A DNA stretch of 61,032 nt, counting the filler, from Sphacelaria rigidula (Eukaryota): NCBI GenBank assembly GCA_964200075.2. It is 9 parts of 9 records of this genome, joined end to end, with 100 filler letters (N's around TTAATTAATTAA, not from the genome) between each part and the next. Parts side by side here need not be neighbours in the genome. Positions count along the whole stretch, not along the records: positions 13,587 to 20,279 come from CAXNAA020018581.1; positions 20,380 to 27,072 come from CAXNAA020018582.1; 7 more parts are not named here. One strand, given 5' to 3'. Both the position numbers and the translations under genes were made by a program. The notes beneath the pieces are model-generated. The model ran no database searches. It saw only the letters and a list, made by a program, of their open reading frames with translations, and was not told the origin of the DNA. Positions 13,920-27,071 of this stretch are shown piece by piece (position 1 is the stretch's first letter; each line of letters starts with the position of its first letter).

Positions 13920-14143
13920 GAGGAATCTCAAACTCGGCTCCCGGTATCCTGGTTCATTCGCTGGCTCTGAGTTGTTCGCTATTTTTTCAAGTGGAATTGA
14001 TCGCGATTCCTAGGAGGGCCTGACCTGGCGGTGAAAGGGTCTCATCATCTGATGAATCGCCATCACTTTCACTTGAAAAAATAGAAAACAACTCAGAGTT
14101 AGCGAATAAACCAGGATACCGGGAGCCGAGTTTGAGATACCTC
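13920..14143. mobile_element. Foldback/MITE with ~90-bp inverted arms
   Basis: 13921-14010 pairs with 14052-14142 (ATCTCAAACTCGGCTCCCGGTATCCTGGTT...). GAG...CTC termini. Flanks TAGTG / TAGTA are a possible TSD. Confidence 0.8.
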
Positions 14144-14516
14144 TAGTATGGTAACGACCATTTTTTTACGAGAATGCCGGAACCTCTCCAAAGAAAAAAG
14201 TGAAGGCTCATTTTTTTTATTCAGCATACCTCTGTGGTTCTCTATACTGAGTTTCAAACTAAAATTCCTGAAATTATGCCAAAATTTGAGACAAGGCGTA
14301 AGAGCAGTGCTCATTCTCCTCAAAACTCCCCTGATGAACAAAAAATGCGAAAGACGAAAAAATGAAGAAAAACATGTTGTTTTTCATTGTTTTATGCACT
14401 ACCGGTTCTCCACCCGAAACTTCAAAGCACCACGCTCGGAAACTGAGACTTGATATCCAGATTTAGGTCATCTAGTGCCTCTGCCCGTAATATATTGATT
14501 TTATTATCGAACCTTA

Positions 14517-14861
14517 TGTGCGCCATATCTCGACATAGATTACGAATTAGGTGAAGGTCAGGGTACCTATCGTCTCCCCGTGCTCCAGGGAATGTCCACA
14601 CCAAAAATCGTCGTGATGCGCTGAATGTATCGGTTGGGGTTTCATATAGATTATAGTATAGACGCTATCTCCGTACGGTATAGGAATCACTAGACATGGG
14701 GCTGAATCAACGAGAAAATACTGGGCCAGACTTTTGAGCAGATGTGCACCTTTCTCTTGATTAGACGATTGATACGATATGCGGATCACGGCCCAACTCG
14801 TCTGCGTCGATCAGATATGGCCTTGAGAGCTTAAATCCGTTTCTATGCTGGCCCAGCTCGT
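14517..14861 (+). repeat. Dispersed non-coding repeat, copy 2
   Basis: Colinear with 7574-7921. Confidence 0.8.
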
Positions 14862-15849
14862 ATGAAAGTATGACACTTCATCATACTGTCATACATGGTA
14901 GGCCCCCTAATATCCGTCATTCTGCAACAATTGGAAATCACCTTTAGCGAACGATATACGACGGGTTCATATGCCATTTCAAAATCCGGAAGTGCCATAT
15001 ATATATGGCAAACAAGTCGAGTACATAAAAATATGACATTTTGTCATACGCTCCGAACGGGTAAGGGCCCAGCTACACTACGCAGTAGTCACAGCTCCGT
15101 TCATTCCTACATTCGTACTACATAAAGCTGACCGCAGCACACTAAAAGAACGAAGCGCCCTGGAAATGAGAGTCAATGAATATCGAAATAAAAATGGGGC
15201 ATGGGCCGATTTGGGCCTGTTTTGATCGATGGAGTTGATTGCGGGAAACTTTCGGTCGGTCATCACACGGAAAAGGACTCTTCCATGACTGGTTGTTTCG
15301 CCCCATCTGCCACAGTCCACAACCCCATTTGTGTACGTATTATCACATCAACCACACCAATCCAGGCGTTGAACATGGCCATCCATACGAACAGTAAGAC
15401 CATACCTAGGCCTCCCATCTATGTGTCATCACACCAACCCAAGCGCCGAGCATGATGATGAACACTAATAGTGGAATCACACTAATAGTGGAATCAAACC
15501 AACAGAATAGCACAATCGTCGTGTGTGCAGCATTGGGGCTGCGGTCGCGCCAAAGGACGTGAAAAAAGTAGTAGCGTTGGTGTGTTGAGATATTTCCGTC
15601 TACTAGTATTGCTTAGACCGCAGATTATAGGCGGTATGTCATTCTAGGCTTGGGGCACGGCAAAGCATGGCTTGGAGGGCAAGCCTAGTCGAAGTAGCTC
15701 AGGTGTAGAAAAAGCGTGAAGGTTCCAAGGAGTAAATTAGATGCATGGCTGCTGATCCGATCAACCATGCAATATCTGCTGCTTTACACTTGTGTATCAA
15801 GATTCCTAAGATTCACCCACGAAAGGACCAAATACAACGGTGACTAGAC

Positions 15850-18800
15850 TGTTGTATTAGGTAGTTCGATTTTCATTCCGAAATGCCGGCGGTGGGACAG
15901 GGAAAATAATTGAAAGAACGTCCCCAGAGTAGTGAGTGTCCCCAGGCGATGCCACACCGTTCGTGCTAACGAGGATTACGAAATAATCAGTCCTGAAGTG
16001 AGAGAACTGCGATAGCGGATTTTGGTTCGAAGCGCGCAGAAGAAAATGCAACACCATGCACAGGTCAGACAGGGGCATCAGCAGCAGCAGCAGTAGTGCG
16101 GCGGGAGCGCCGGTGGGAAAGACGCAAAAAGGGAAAGCAAAATAAAGACCCCAGTTCACGCTTACCACGGCCCAGCGCAACGAAGCGGACGCAGCTGGGG
16201 ATTGACACCTGACACATCGGTGCAGGGGTTACCGTGCATGACCGACGGCCCGGTGGGCAGGGGAAGAGTAGTAGACCAAGTGCGGGTGCTGTTCCGTACA
16301 GGAGTCTCTCTCGCGACGCACGCGGGGGAAGCCATAATGGTGGAGAACGCCTTTGCCCCGCTCATGCGAGACATCGACAAAAGCATGTACACTTTTAGAC
16401 ACCATGCGCTAGACATCGATGCGGCACAGCCAGACGCGTAGGTGGCAAATCGGCAGCTGTCGACCAGCATGGCCACGACGGAGACTGTGCTGGCAGCGCG
16501 CCTCGTGGATTTGGGAGTGGTGGCGGTAGAGGGAGCTGAATATGTAATCCTGCCCGACGAGAAAGGGCCCCCAGAGAGGGCGAGGCAGATAGGGGAGCCG
16601 ATCCGGAAGTAGGAAGAGAACTCACAGGAAAGCAGGGCGGCAGCAGTGGGCACCCACAAGAGTAGGTGCTAGAAGGCTTCACTGACGACACGGAGGAGGA
16701 GGTGGACCAACTCGGGGGCATGCACAAAAGAAAGCTGCCGGAGGACGACGCGAGGGTATGTGGATCTGCGCGGAGCCGCGATGCCTAAGGAGGTGAGTCA
16801 AGCCGGCAGAGGGAAACAAAGTTGCGCGCAAGGTAAAGCAGCGATAGCGAAAGGGCAAAGGTGGAAGGGCGGCGAATTGTTTGGTAGAGCTTTGACCATT
16901 CCGGCATAAGCATGAGCAACTGACCCGAAACTATACATGACGGGAAGATAGCACTAAGGGCAGGTTGAGCTATCGAACAAGGGTGCGTCCACGGGCACTT
17001 AGGTGCCTTAAGCAAACACCTTTACACTGCGTTCGGGGAGCGTACACAGCGGGGCCGCAACATAGGCAGCGTAACACGCGAGGGTGGTGGGGCTGCAATA
17101 TCCGTCATTTCGAGGGCAGGCGTGAGGTAAGTGCAACAGGGTTGAACTCATGGTTGATCGAGTTGGTGGCTAGAAACGCATACGTGCATGGCAGGATAAC
17201 GGCCGAACAATTCGCAGTAGCAAGCAGGTGGACTGAGCAGTGGTGGCACAGTGATGAGGCAGAATGCAGTGGGCGGGACGCATGGTCAATCGCACGCGGA
17301 GTATGTATCATGCGGTGGTCGAGGCGCGTAGTCTATCGCACGCAGAGTATCGCGTATGAGACGGTGCGGTGCGTGGTGGGCGCAGTAGGCAGTTATGCAG
17401 GGTTTCAGCTCGGTACGGTATGCGGGTTTGGGTTGGTTTGTGGTACGTGAATGGTGGGTGCATGGAAGGTAGGGCGTAGTGCATTAGGCGGGGGAAGTGA
17501 TGGTGCGGGAGAAAGAGCGCATGATGGCGTAGAGCGCCTTGTGCGGGGGAATAGCAGACGCGATTGGATGGGGTCGAGTTGCGGGTTGTGAGCGAGAAAA
17601 TAGACGGTGCTTATAAGTGCTATGGGGATGCGGATGCGGTAACGTTGGTGAGCGGGGCGATACGCGAAGGGCGTTACACTGGGGATTATAAAGGGCAGAG
17701 CGCGCGAATGCATGAGGGGATAAGGACATCGCCGCTGGTACGGGTGCAGAAACAACTTGAGGAGGCAATGATGTGGATTCACATAGGTGGGTAGCTTGGG
17801 CGTGGGATATTACGATGACATAATGCAGCAATACCGATGACCACTTGTGTGCTTTCATGGGGGTGCTGAACAAACTACTTAATTGCTGTGCTGGCCAATA
17901 TATGTGCAGTGCATTTATGCGAATGAAGCGGCCCTGCGTATTTTGAGGAAGGGGATGGCGCTACATGGGAGGAATCGAGGGGGGGTGTTGAAAGCGGCGC
18001 AGGGGAAAGCAAACCACAGCGGGCTTTTTGAGGAGCGCCACCTTTTCCAACGCTGGATCATGCGAGGTGACAATGTGGCACGCCACGGCAGTCCTACGTT
18101 AGTCGTTGACTGGATGGCAGATTTGGTGCTGCTGGCCAGAAAAGGCGTGGCGACCGAAACGCTAAGGGAAGACAAGCATACGATGCTAATGCGTAAGGCT
18201 GGCCAGCAGGTGTGAACGCCCGTCAAGAGCCAAGGGACGCAGTGGCAGGCCCGTGGACAGGGTAATGGGGCGAAGGGGCGTGGATACGGGTGGGTGCAGG
18301 TCAGTCACAGCATCACCCAGGAAGGGGCCAGTTGCCCGCAACGGGACAGATGGCCCGTGGGGCGGCACAGGCTCATTTTGGGCACGGCGGAGGCGGCGCT
18401 CAAGCCACGCTAGAACAGAGAGCGGAAAGGGCGCAACGGCACGCCCCAAAATAACTCGCAAACCCTCCGCCTGCGATGGTGGGTTTTATTTGTCGCAACT
18501 GTAAGAGAGCGAACCGCCCGTTCCAACACAGGTTTGAGACGTGCACTTGGACGCGTTGCACCAACTGTAAATGGGTGGGGCACGTTATCGCCAACTGCCA
18601 TCTGCCAGACAGCAGCGGTGCCGGAGTGAGCGGAGAGCAACAAGTAGGAAGAGTCTAGCGCACGGCCAAGGCTCTAGCAAGGAGGAGATGGCGAGCGCCA
18701 TGGGGTACGCGGAGGGGAGAGACGTGAGAGAGTGGTTTCAGGAAACGACATGAAGGGTATGAAGTGGTTAAGGGCATCGGAGGAATTATGCATCGGAATG

Positions 18801-20165
18801 AAGGGTACGAAATCGAGGTTCGAGAGAAAGAAGAGTCGGAATGATGCATAATGGTGGCTATGAGTGAATCAAGGATCAGCAGATGACACCATGTATATGT
18901 ATCTGTATGGCATACGCGTTACACAAGATTGCGGTGTTACGGGAAAAGGAGTAGGGCGTGCTAAGAACTCAGCGATAGCAAGGACAAGTGCAGAGATATG
19001 CGTGCAGGAGCGGGAGAGGGAGTTCAAAGGCAGGTACTACGGTGCTTCGCCGCCAACAAGCCGCAGAGGTATGATTAATTCTGATGATACGCTGCGTTGG
19101 TATGGGGCGGCAGCGTAGCAAGGGTTCGTGGTGAACATAATTGGGGAACAGGAGCAATAATTCTTTGAATGGGGGAGCATCAGAAACTGATATAGGAATG
19201 GGCGATGCGGTGGACACGAGGGTGCTGAGGGTATCTTATACGTAGTGTGTTATTTATGCAGGCATAGTGCACAAATGTGGCATTGGTGGGTCTGTATAGC
19301 TGACATTTAGGAAGGAATGGTGTGCAGGATGATCAAACGAGCGAGGCGCGGATCGAGCTAAGTACAGCACTAAGACTAATGAAAGTGCATCCACGATGAC
19401 ACACGCACAAACAAAGGATAGCCCTCGCAAGGGAGAGTTTTTGGTCGCAGCGCGGCATGCGCTTGGCGCGGAGGCGCACGCTGAATAGCATCAAGCCAGG
19501 GACCATCGCCCGTGAGCATTGAACTTAGTTCGAGTCACGAGGAGAGATGTGGGGCAGGTGCACACTCGTATTCAGATTATCGGGAGAGCGCCCGGAGTGG
19601 GGCTGAGTGTTACTTATCCACTAAAAAATGGGAACAGACTTTAGCCACTAGCAGCATCGTTTCGCCCTTTTTGCGCAAAACGATATGAGAATGTTCAATC
19701 TGGTAGGTCGTTGAATCTCACGACCAGAGCAAGTGCAGAGAACTCCCGAGCAAAGATGCAGAAGCAGCGGGGCAATTCGCGGCAAAAGAAGCATGATATA
19801 TCTTCTGCAGGTACGATATTACAAGTGAAAAGGTATGAAAAAAAGCAGTTTTGAAGGCGGGGTGAGCGTGCGGGAGTAAGACATCCCCCAGCAATTAAAG
19901 TGTGGGTGAGGCCTTGAGCACCGTGAGAAGTTTGGAAGAGGGCATCAACGGCGGCAAGAGGTCTCATTCCATCCCAATACTCACAGGGCGGCAAGCGGAA
20001 AGAAAAATATACTGCAGTACTTATCATCCACTGGCCTAATAGGGGGTATTATGGGTTTATTCCGAAATAGCGATGTCAAGATAGGGCAAGGAACTAGAAG
20101 AGCGTTCCCTAGACTAGTGTCCCCAGGGGATGCCACACCATTCAGTGCTAACAAGGAACACGGGA
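15850..20165 (+). mobile_element. Ancient degenerate LTR retroelement with gag and protease remnants only
   Basis: Diverged direct repeats ~15850-15980 and ~20047-20165 (ATTCCGAAAT..GTGTCCC..GGCGATGCCACACC.TTC.GTGCTAAC.AGGA). Purine tract AATAGGGGG precedes the 3' copy. Two zinc knuckles CRNC..H..C and CTNCKWVGHVIANC at 18490-18600. Frameshifted AVDT-GAE-VS protease-like motif at ~19207-19237. Confidence 0.6.
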
Positions 20166-20379
20166 CCTTACAAATTGGGGATGGATATTTTATTGGGTAT
20201 GAAAAACCCGGAGGATTAAAATCTTCGTATCCACACCAAATCTTCGAAACATGGTTCCATTTCTTCACCTACTGATAGCNNNNNNNNNNNNNNNNNNNNN
20301 NNNNNNNNNNNNNNNNNNNNNNNTTAATTAATTAANNNNNNNNNNNNNNNNNNNNNNNNNNNNNNNNNNNNNNNNNNNN

Positions 20380-20612
20380 CCGTGGTGTGTTCGGCGAGTC
20401 GCATGAAGGGTGAGCTGTATCCTGCTACGATTGTTCGACCCGAGGCCTACTGATTATCTTGCATTTGGATGACAGCCTACAATGAGCTGCTTATTTTTTT
20501 GTCTGGCATCGCCACCTGCAAAGACAGCAACGGCTTATGCACTGCCTCATGGGTGGCACACCATTTATACTCTACGTAGTACGATCATCCCCATTGTGCG
20601 AAGTTGAGGGGA
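20380..20612 (-). mobile_element. RTEX-like LINE 3' fragment (family B)
   Basis: Same sequence family as 36040-36400, 36570-36856, 40757-40940 and 60962-61032 (GCGAGTCGCATGAAGGGTGAGCTG, ATCTTGCATTTGGATGACAGCC). Confidence 0.75.
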
Positions 20613-20642
20613 GGTCGTTGTCATAAATTGATGGTTTAGGAC

Positions 20643-20862
20643 CGCGACAAAATTACGCCGTTACGTTGAGATGGTAGTGATGATCTGGATAATGACCGGA
20701 GACACGGGGATGATACCCTGGCGTGTCTAGGAGGCGGTGCCTACGAGGGCACTCCTGATAATGAGAATATTGTAAAGACTGACAACTGAAACTGAGGCCA
20801 GTAAGACTGGGGAGTCCCTCAACAGTAGTGATCCACTAGTTCTTCTTCTGGCTGGCGTCACA
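20643..20862 (+). repeat. 5' LTR
   Basis: Aligns to 24839-25086 with substitutions and one ~28-bp indel. Confidence 0.9.
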
Positions 20863-23800
20863 ATATCGATATTAGTGTTAGTGCTAGAAATAGTACCTAG
20901 CAGAACCTGCTGGAAGGATTTCAGCGGAGAGTCTGGCGGCTGGGGAAGCATCACGGACGCATGGAGGGGGTTCACGCTGATGGTAGCTGCAGAAAGGCGG
21001 CTGGCCTGTGATTGATCCAGACTAGAGACTTGCTGAAGCTGCGTGCAGTGGGAGTTTGGAGGCTCCTACGACTGTGCGGTGCGGCGACGAAGCAAGGAAG
21101 TGTGCGATTCGCGAAGGTCCGCTGGCCTGCGAAAGGTTCGCAGGTAGCCGGCTGCAGCTATGGCGACCGGCTCGCATAGTACGACCAGCGTGACGCCCGT
21201 GGTTATGCGGGAAGAGTTGCGAAATCCCAATATGGGGATAGGTACTCCGAGAGTGCATCTCACACTTTCTATACGAAGTACGCGGAGTACAGACAGCGTG
21301 TGGAGCACGTTAACGCAGGGGGTGCAGTGCGACAGCAGGTAGTGTTGATGGCTCAACGAATACCGACGCATGTGCAAAGAGTGCTTACGCGTTTGGAAGA
21401 TGAAAAGAGCACAAGCACACCGCCGCGATTGGTCTCGGCGATCAAAAAGCGTGCTGGGCATGCGGCGGGCACTTGCCACTGTTGTGGTCAGGTCGGGCGC
21501 GATTGCCCAACGTCTTCTGGTGGAGAGTCTGAGCAGTCTCATGCCGCGCGCCATCAACATCGTCAGCACAAGGGCAAAGGACGAGGTATTCGGGTTGGTG
21601 GCGGCGGCGGATCCTCCGGCGGTGGAGGATCGCAGTCGAGTCCTCAGCACCAGGAGCACCAGCACCAGCAGGGTCAGCGGCGTCAGCATGGGTCTGGATC
21701 TAGGTCCGGCGCCGCCGTAGGTGCTGCTGCTCCGCAACGCGCGGTGCAAGTGGGACCGGTTTCTACAGTGTCGAACATGCGCCGGCGCCGGTGGTGGCGC
21801 CGGTGTCGACACAGGCAGCAGCGCCAGGCGCGACGCCTGCTGATGCGCGGGTCGGAGGTTCGCCAAATTCTTGGTCTGCTGGCTGCGGGTCGTACTCGCC
21901 AGCGGTGCCGTTTGAACCTGCCGGTGCGTCTTCGCCTGCGCAGCTTGCGTAGCCGTGGCGTCAAGTGGGATCAGCGGCGCATCGGTCGGCGAATAAAGTG
22001 CCAGTGGAGTTTGCGGACAAATACGTTCCTGCAGAGCAATGTCTTACAAATCAACGGGAGCGTGGAGCCATAGCGGTTCGGGCTATGTAGGGTTCTGGCG
22101 CCCACTTCACGAATCATGTGAGTCTGTCGGTGCAGATTGTAGAGATATTGGAGCGTCTTCTCCCGGGTGTGCCGCTGCGCATTCAGTTTTCGCTCGGGGC
22201 GCGGCAGGCCGTCACTGCGTCGGGTCAGCACGTTTACGTCACATATCGTACTGTTCCGCTGCAGCTGACTTTCACGACTTCCGGGGACCGGCGCCGTTGC
22301 CTCCGATCTCGTTTGCGATCATGCTGGGGTCGGATGGCGTTATTCTTCTGGGGTTGCCGACGCCTCAGCATCTTGGAGTCGATCCGTATGCGCGGTTGTG
22401 GGACTCCATGAAGACGCGGATGTCTCCGCCTGGTCCACGCTTGGAGACGCCCGCCTTTTCGGGCAGTCGTCACGTGAGCTTGTCGGTGGGTGCTTTTCAG
22501 GAGGCTGGGAAGCAGGTGACCGAGGGGCGGGATGCGGCGGTGGAACGCTTGGTAGAGCGCGGCCCGGAGATGTTTATGGATCCGGCGGAAGAGGAGTCCG
22601 CTCGGAAGGTCGCGCTGGAGGAGAGCGTGGCGGATGCTGTGGTGAAAGGCCTCAGCATATTGCATCGCTGCGTCAACGCGTTTCGTCGTGTGCTGCGGGG
22701 TGATCCCCTTGCGCGCGTGGAGCCCATGCGTGTTCAGCTAAAACCTGGGGCGTCCGCGGCGAAGACAAAGCCGCGGCGGTACGATCCAGTAAAGTCGAGT
22801 TGGTTGGCGTCGTGCATGGCGGCTTTTTTTTGCGCTCGGGTTGGTGTCACGGAACTTGCAGGCGGGGTGGTCCAGTCTGGATATGGCGGATCCGAAGAAG
22901 GCTGCATCGTGGACGGAGGGCAGGCTGCAGGCGTGGGCGACAGCGAAGGATCTAGTGGCTCATGCCGTGACGCTGTTCCATCTTCGTCCCGATTTATCAG
23001 GTGTTGATGTTTCCGGATGCATCTGAGTGCCATTGGGGTAGTTGTGTCACGCAGGTGCCTAAAATTGAAATGCAAAGACGCTTGCCGGTCGCGGATATGA
23101 CGCGTGAACCGCTGGCTTTCCTCAGCGGTAATTTCAAGGGTTCGCGGTCACGTTGGGCCACAATTTGACAAGGGAGGTTTTGCTATCGTAAGTACTTTTC
23201 GTCGTTTAGAATATCTTTTGTGGGATGGCGTGCACATTTTCACGGATCACCGAAATCTCGTGCATATTTTCAACCCGGAGGCGTGGGTTACGTCTGTGTC
23301 GAAGGCATTGGCACAACGTTTGGAGGGTTGAAAAGCTGTCCTTGGTCAGTATCGTTACTCGATTTGCCATTTTTCGGGCGACCGTAACGCGTGGGGTGAC
23401 TTGCTTTCGCGTTGGGTGAATATTCCGGCCTTGCCTGTGCGCGCTGTGGCTGTGTATGATCCGTGTGTACCTGATGAATCGATGCCGTTCAAATCTGCTG
23501 TCCGCCAAGCGCAACGAAAAGACCTTGGGGCCGAAGGTGAGGATGTGCAATCTTTCAAGTCGGACGTTGGTCCTGCTATCTTGGGCAATGAAGGTATGTT
23601 TCGTGTGCATATGCGTGGCCGAAACGTTTTGTGGATCCCGAGTTCTGACAAGCAGTTGCAGGTACGTCTGATGGTTCGCGCGCACATGCGCGACGCCGGG
23701 CATCGTGGTGTGGCTGCGACACTCGTGGGCTTGCAAGAGCTTTGTGTCTGGCAGGGGATAGAAACTCATGTGCGCGAAGTTGTCCGTCAGCGTCTTCACT

Positions 23801-24838
23801 GTGCTGACTCGAGGGCGGGCGATGTTGTTCCCCGCCCGCTCGGCGAAACGGTCTATGGGACCATGCCGAATGAAGTCGTTCATTTTGACTTCTTGTACGT
23901 GGTCGAGAGTGGCCCGCTAGCTTCCCAAAGTTTGTCGGAGGATGCTGGGTTTCAATACGTTTTGGTAATCGTTGATGATTTGAGCAACTTCGTGTCTGGA
24001 ACCAGTAGCAGCGTGCACTGCTGAATCGACTGCTGCATCTTTGCTAAATTGGTGCAAACCTCTGGGCGTGCCGCGTGCGTGGGTGAGTGATACCGCCACG
24101 CATTTCAAGAATGCGATCTTGGCCCGATTGCCAGAGGTTTTGCACGTTGATCACCAGTTTGCGGTGGCGTATTCTCCGTGGTCTAAGGGCACGTGCGAAC
24201 GCATGGTCAAGATAGTCGTTCGTGCTCTTTGCTCCATTCCTCTCGAGCAGCGTAGAGCGGTTTCCGAGTGGGTGGACGCGTTGCCTGCGGTGCAATGGGC
24301 GCTAAATACAGCGTATCATCGTCGTTACGATAGTGCGCCGCACCACGTGATGTTTGGTCGTGCACGTGGACTGGTCCATGGAGAGTGGTTAGGGCTCACC
24401 ACCCGCACGTGTTCGAGATTCAGAACATTGTTTCGGGTGGTGCTCAGACCGCCCATGTAGCTCGTCTGCTTTTTTATGCAGACTCGCAGCTTAACGTTAC
24501 GGTTGACATTAAGGACTTGTTCCAGCATGCTTTCAATCAGGGGCAATTTCAGATGGCTGGTATCGTCCGAGTGGCAGAAGCAGACGATCGTTCGTTGATC
24601 GCGTTGGTCGACTGGGTTCGTTTCGAAGTTGAGGAGCGAACGTGAGCCCTTTCAACGATATTTTTGAGGCCGCTCCGGAATTTCTTACGAAAGAGTTGCG
24701 TGAATTGCGCGTGACTCGTGCCGTTGCTGCTCGCATTACGAGTGAGTTTGGTATTCAGTTGTGACTTACTCATCGTTTTGGCGTTTTCTATGTTTTAGGC
24801 TTGTTGATCGATTTTCGTCCAACGCGCTTTGGGGGTGC

Positions 24839-25086
24839 TGTGACGAAATTACGCCGTTACGTTGAGTTGGTAGTGATGATATGGATAATAACCATTGGTA
24901 GTGGTGATCTAGATAATGGCCAGGGACACGGAGATGGTACCCTGGCGTGTATAGGAGGCTGTGCCCACGAGGGCACTCCTGATAATGAGAATGTTGTAAA
25001 GGCTGACGACTGAAACTGAGGCCAGTAAGGGTGGGGAGCCCCTCAACAGCAGTGATCCACATGTTCTTCTTCTGGCTGGCGTCACA
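24839..25086 (+). repeat. 3' LTR
   Basis: TGTGAC..GTCACA inverted ends, preceded by TTTGGGGGTGC. Confidence 0.9.
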
Positions 25087-26180
25087 GGAGATAGCAGCTT
25101 CAATGATACAACTTCCGTCCACCGGGGCATCGTCCTTCGTACACGACTGGCCAAAGCGTTGGAAAGCATCCCTTCTGAGCATGTTTGACAAGTGGATGGA
25201 GGATTTCATCTTCGGGGTGTTGGGGTGACGGTTGCCATCCATGAAAAAATAATAGGGTAGAGTATAGACGTGCTAGCGATACCTTTCCGGTCCCAACAGG
25301 CATCGTTAGCCGTTCGTTACGGGCCAAAACGGTAGATAGCAGCCCCCTGAGCGTATTTGAGCAAGGGATGGAATAACTACATCCCCAGGGTTGGAGGGCT
25401 GGGATGATGCCATAAATTTATATGGTAGAGCTTAGCGGTTTTATTGGTACAATTATTACCTCCAGGGCCATCAGTCTCCGCAGGCTACTGGTCAAAACGT
25501 CAGACAACACCCCTCCTGAACGAGCTTGGCGCGGAGATGAAACTGTGGCATCTTCTGAGTGGGAGGAGATGGGCTCATAAACCACAAGGGTAGGGTGTAG
25601 ATGTTCTTGCGATGCATCTTTAGTCTCCAAGGGCATCGTCGCTCGTGCATTTTGGGTCAAAGCGCTTGGTGTCACCCTCTGCGGCGGGACTATGGCCTGC
25701 GTTGATGTTGTCCCCGGGGAGAGGGGGTTCGCCGTTTTCTTTCCCGCATGGATACTTCTAATAGTCCACTCTTCGGATGCTACGTCTTTTTAAGTCAGGG
25801 TCATCGGCATTAGTCTACAGTGGAGTATAACGGTAGAGTATAGCTCCCTCTATCTGTACATGTGTGGATAAGGACCACTCTAGGCCGTAGATTTCACCCG
25901 TCGGGGATGGTTATTCCCGCTTCCCCTGCCGAACCGTACATCCCGCGGCTAGATCCAACTCCATCGATTAAAAGAGGATACTGAAAAATGGGAACGAGAT
26001 TTCTTATGGGAACGAAGTGAGGTCGAAATCCTATACAATACTGGCATATGGTACCCCTTACGATATAGTATATCATTATTATATACTCCGGAGGGAATAG
26101 GATTTCGACCTCATCATTTGCGTTTCCAAAGAAAATCTCCTTTCTATATTTATTTATGGTTTCCCGGCTGAGTTTGCTTT

Positions 26181-26478
26181 TAACGTTTTCGTGAGATTGA
26201 GCGTAGAGGATACGATTAAGAGTGAAAAGCGCGGTCAATTAGTGAATGAGTCGTTTCAGTTCCGAAATGCCCCTCCACGAGGCCCGATACGCTTTCTGTA
26301 GTAGCTTGCCACTGAGGCCCTTGATATCCCTGAGTAGGATATCGACGTGTAGCTATGAGCACACGCTAGTGATACAGGCGAAGAAAAGCACACACGAGAT
26401 GAAAGATTGGCTAGTTTGAAGCAAATTACCGAAGCCACCCTCAATCCGCGATCTACTCTCAATCTGACGAAGACGCTG
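26181..26478 (+). mobile_element. MITE family (CAACGTTTTCGTGAGATTGAGAGTAGAG TIRs, hAT-like termini), copy 1
   Basis: ~27-bp TIRs. Full second copy at 60559-60852, partial inverted copy at 54990-55090. TSD not recognisable. Confidence 0.8.
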
Positions 26479-26729
26479 TTTTTCTACCGTTAGGGGTGCG
26501 AATCGGGGAGGTGTTAGCCTCCAAAAGAAAGTGTCCGGGTTGTTTGACGGCGTTTTTCCGACCATAGACAAACTCACAATGTATACTCGTATTTGTTCCT
26601 TTTTTCCCATATTAATATATGTGACCGCGAGCATACTCCATCTCTTGAATAAGCATAAATTTCATTTGATTTTTCAAGTGAAACTGATGACCGTGGATTC
26701 TCGAAAATGGGGTTGAAAAACAAAATGAG

Positions 26730-27071
26730 GTTCAACTCAAAAGCCGTGCTTTCCCTGACCTAATTCATGACAAATGACTTTCATACGGACGACCTCATCC
26801 CTCCCAACCTCCCTAAAACTATTTGCGGGGGTTTCTAGCCTTTCGTTTCCTTAATGGATATGTGCGGAAGCACCCTTTTGCCTCGATTTCGGGGTGAAAA
26901 AAGGACGTTTTTCGGCCCAAGAATAGTGCTTTCACACATACCCTTTTTGGGAAACGGAAGTCTAGAAATCCTCCGAAATAGTTTTAGGCAGATCGGGAGG
27001 GATGGGGTCGTCCATATGAAAGCCATTTGTTGTGAATTTAGGTCAGGGAAAGCACGGCTTTTGAGTTGAAC
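26730..27071. mobile_element. Foldback element with ~145-bp inverted arms
   Basis: GTTCAACTCAAAAGCCGTGCTTTCCCTGACCTAA... at 26730 is mirrored up to 27071 at the scaffold end. Spacer ~50 bp. Confidence 0.85.

Larger units (their letters stand above)
20643..25086 (+). mobile_element. Ty3/Gypsy LTR retrotransposon with chromodomain-like C-terminus, non-autonomous (RT core deleted)
   Basis: LTRs 20643-20862 and 24839-25086 (TGTGAC...GTCACA), G-tract before the 3' LTR, possible TSD GGAC/GGAG. Gag knuckle CHCCGQVGRDC; RT start; RNase H (FPDAS, EPLAFLSG, FTDHRNL); integrase (AH..GHRG..LHC, HFDFLY, SDTATHF, TCERM); WTGPWRV; chromo-like VDWVRFEVEERT. Confidence 0.93.

Noticed and set aside
15962..15995. 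Hammerhead-ribozyme-like CTAACGAG..CGAAA in the short LTR
   Set aside because: The core deviates from CUGANGA, there are no convincing stems, and the second repeat copy does not conserve it.
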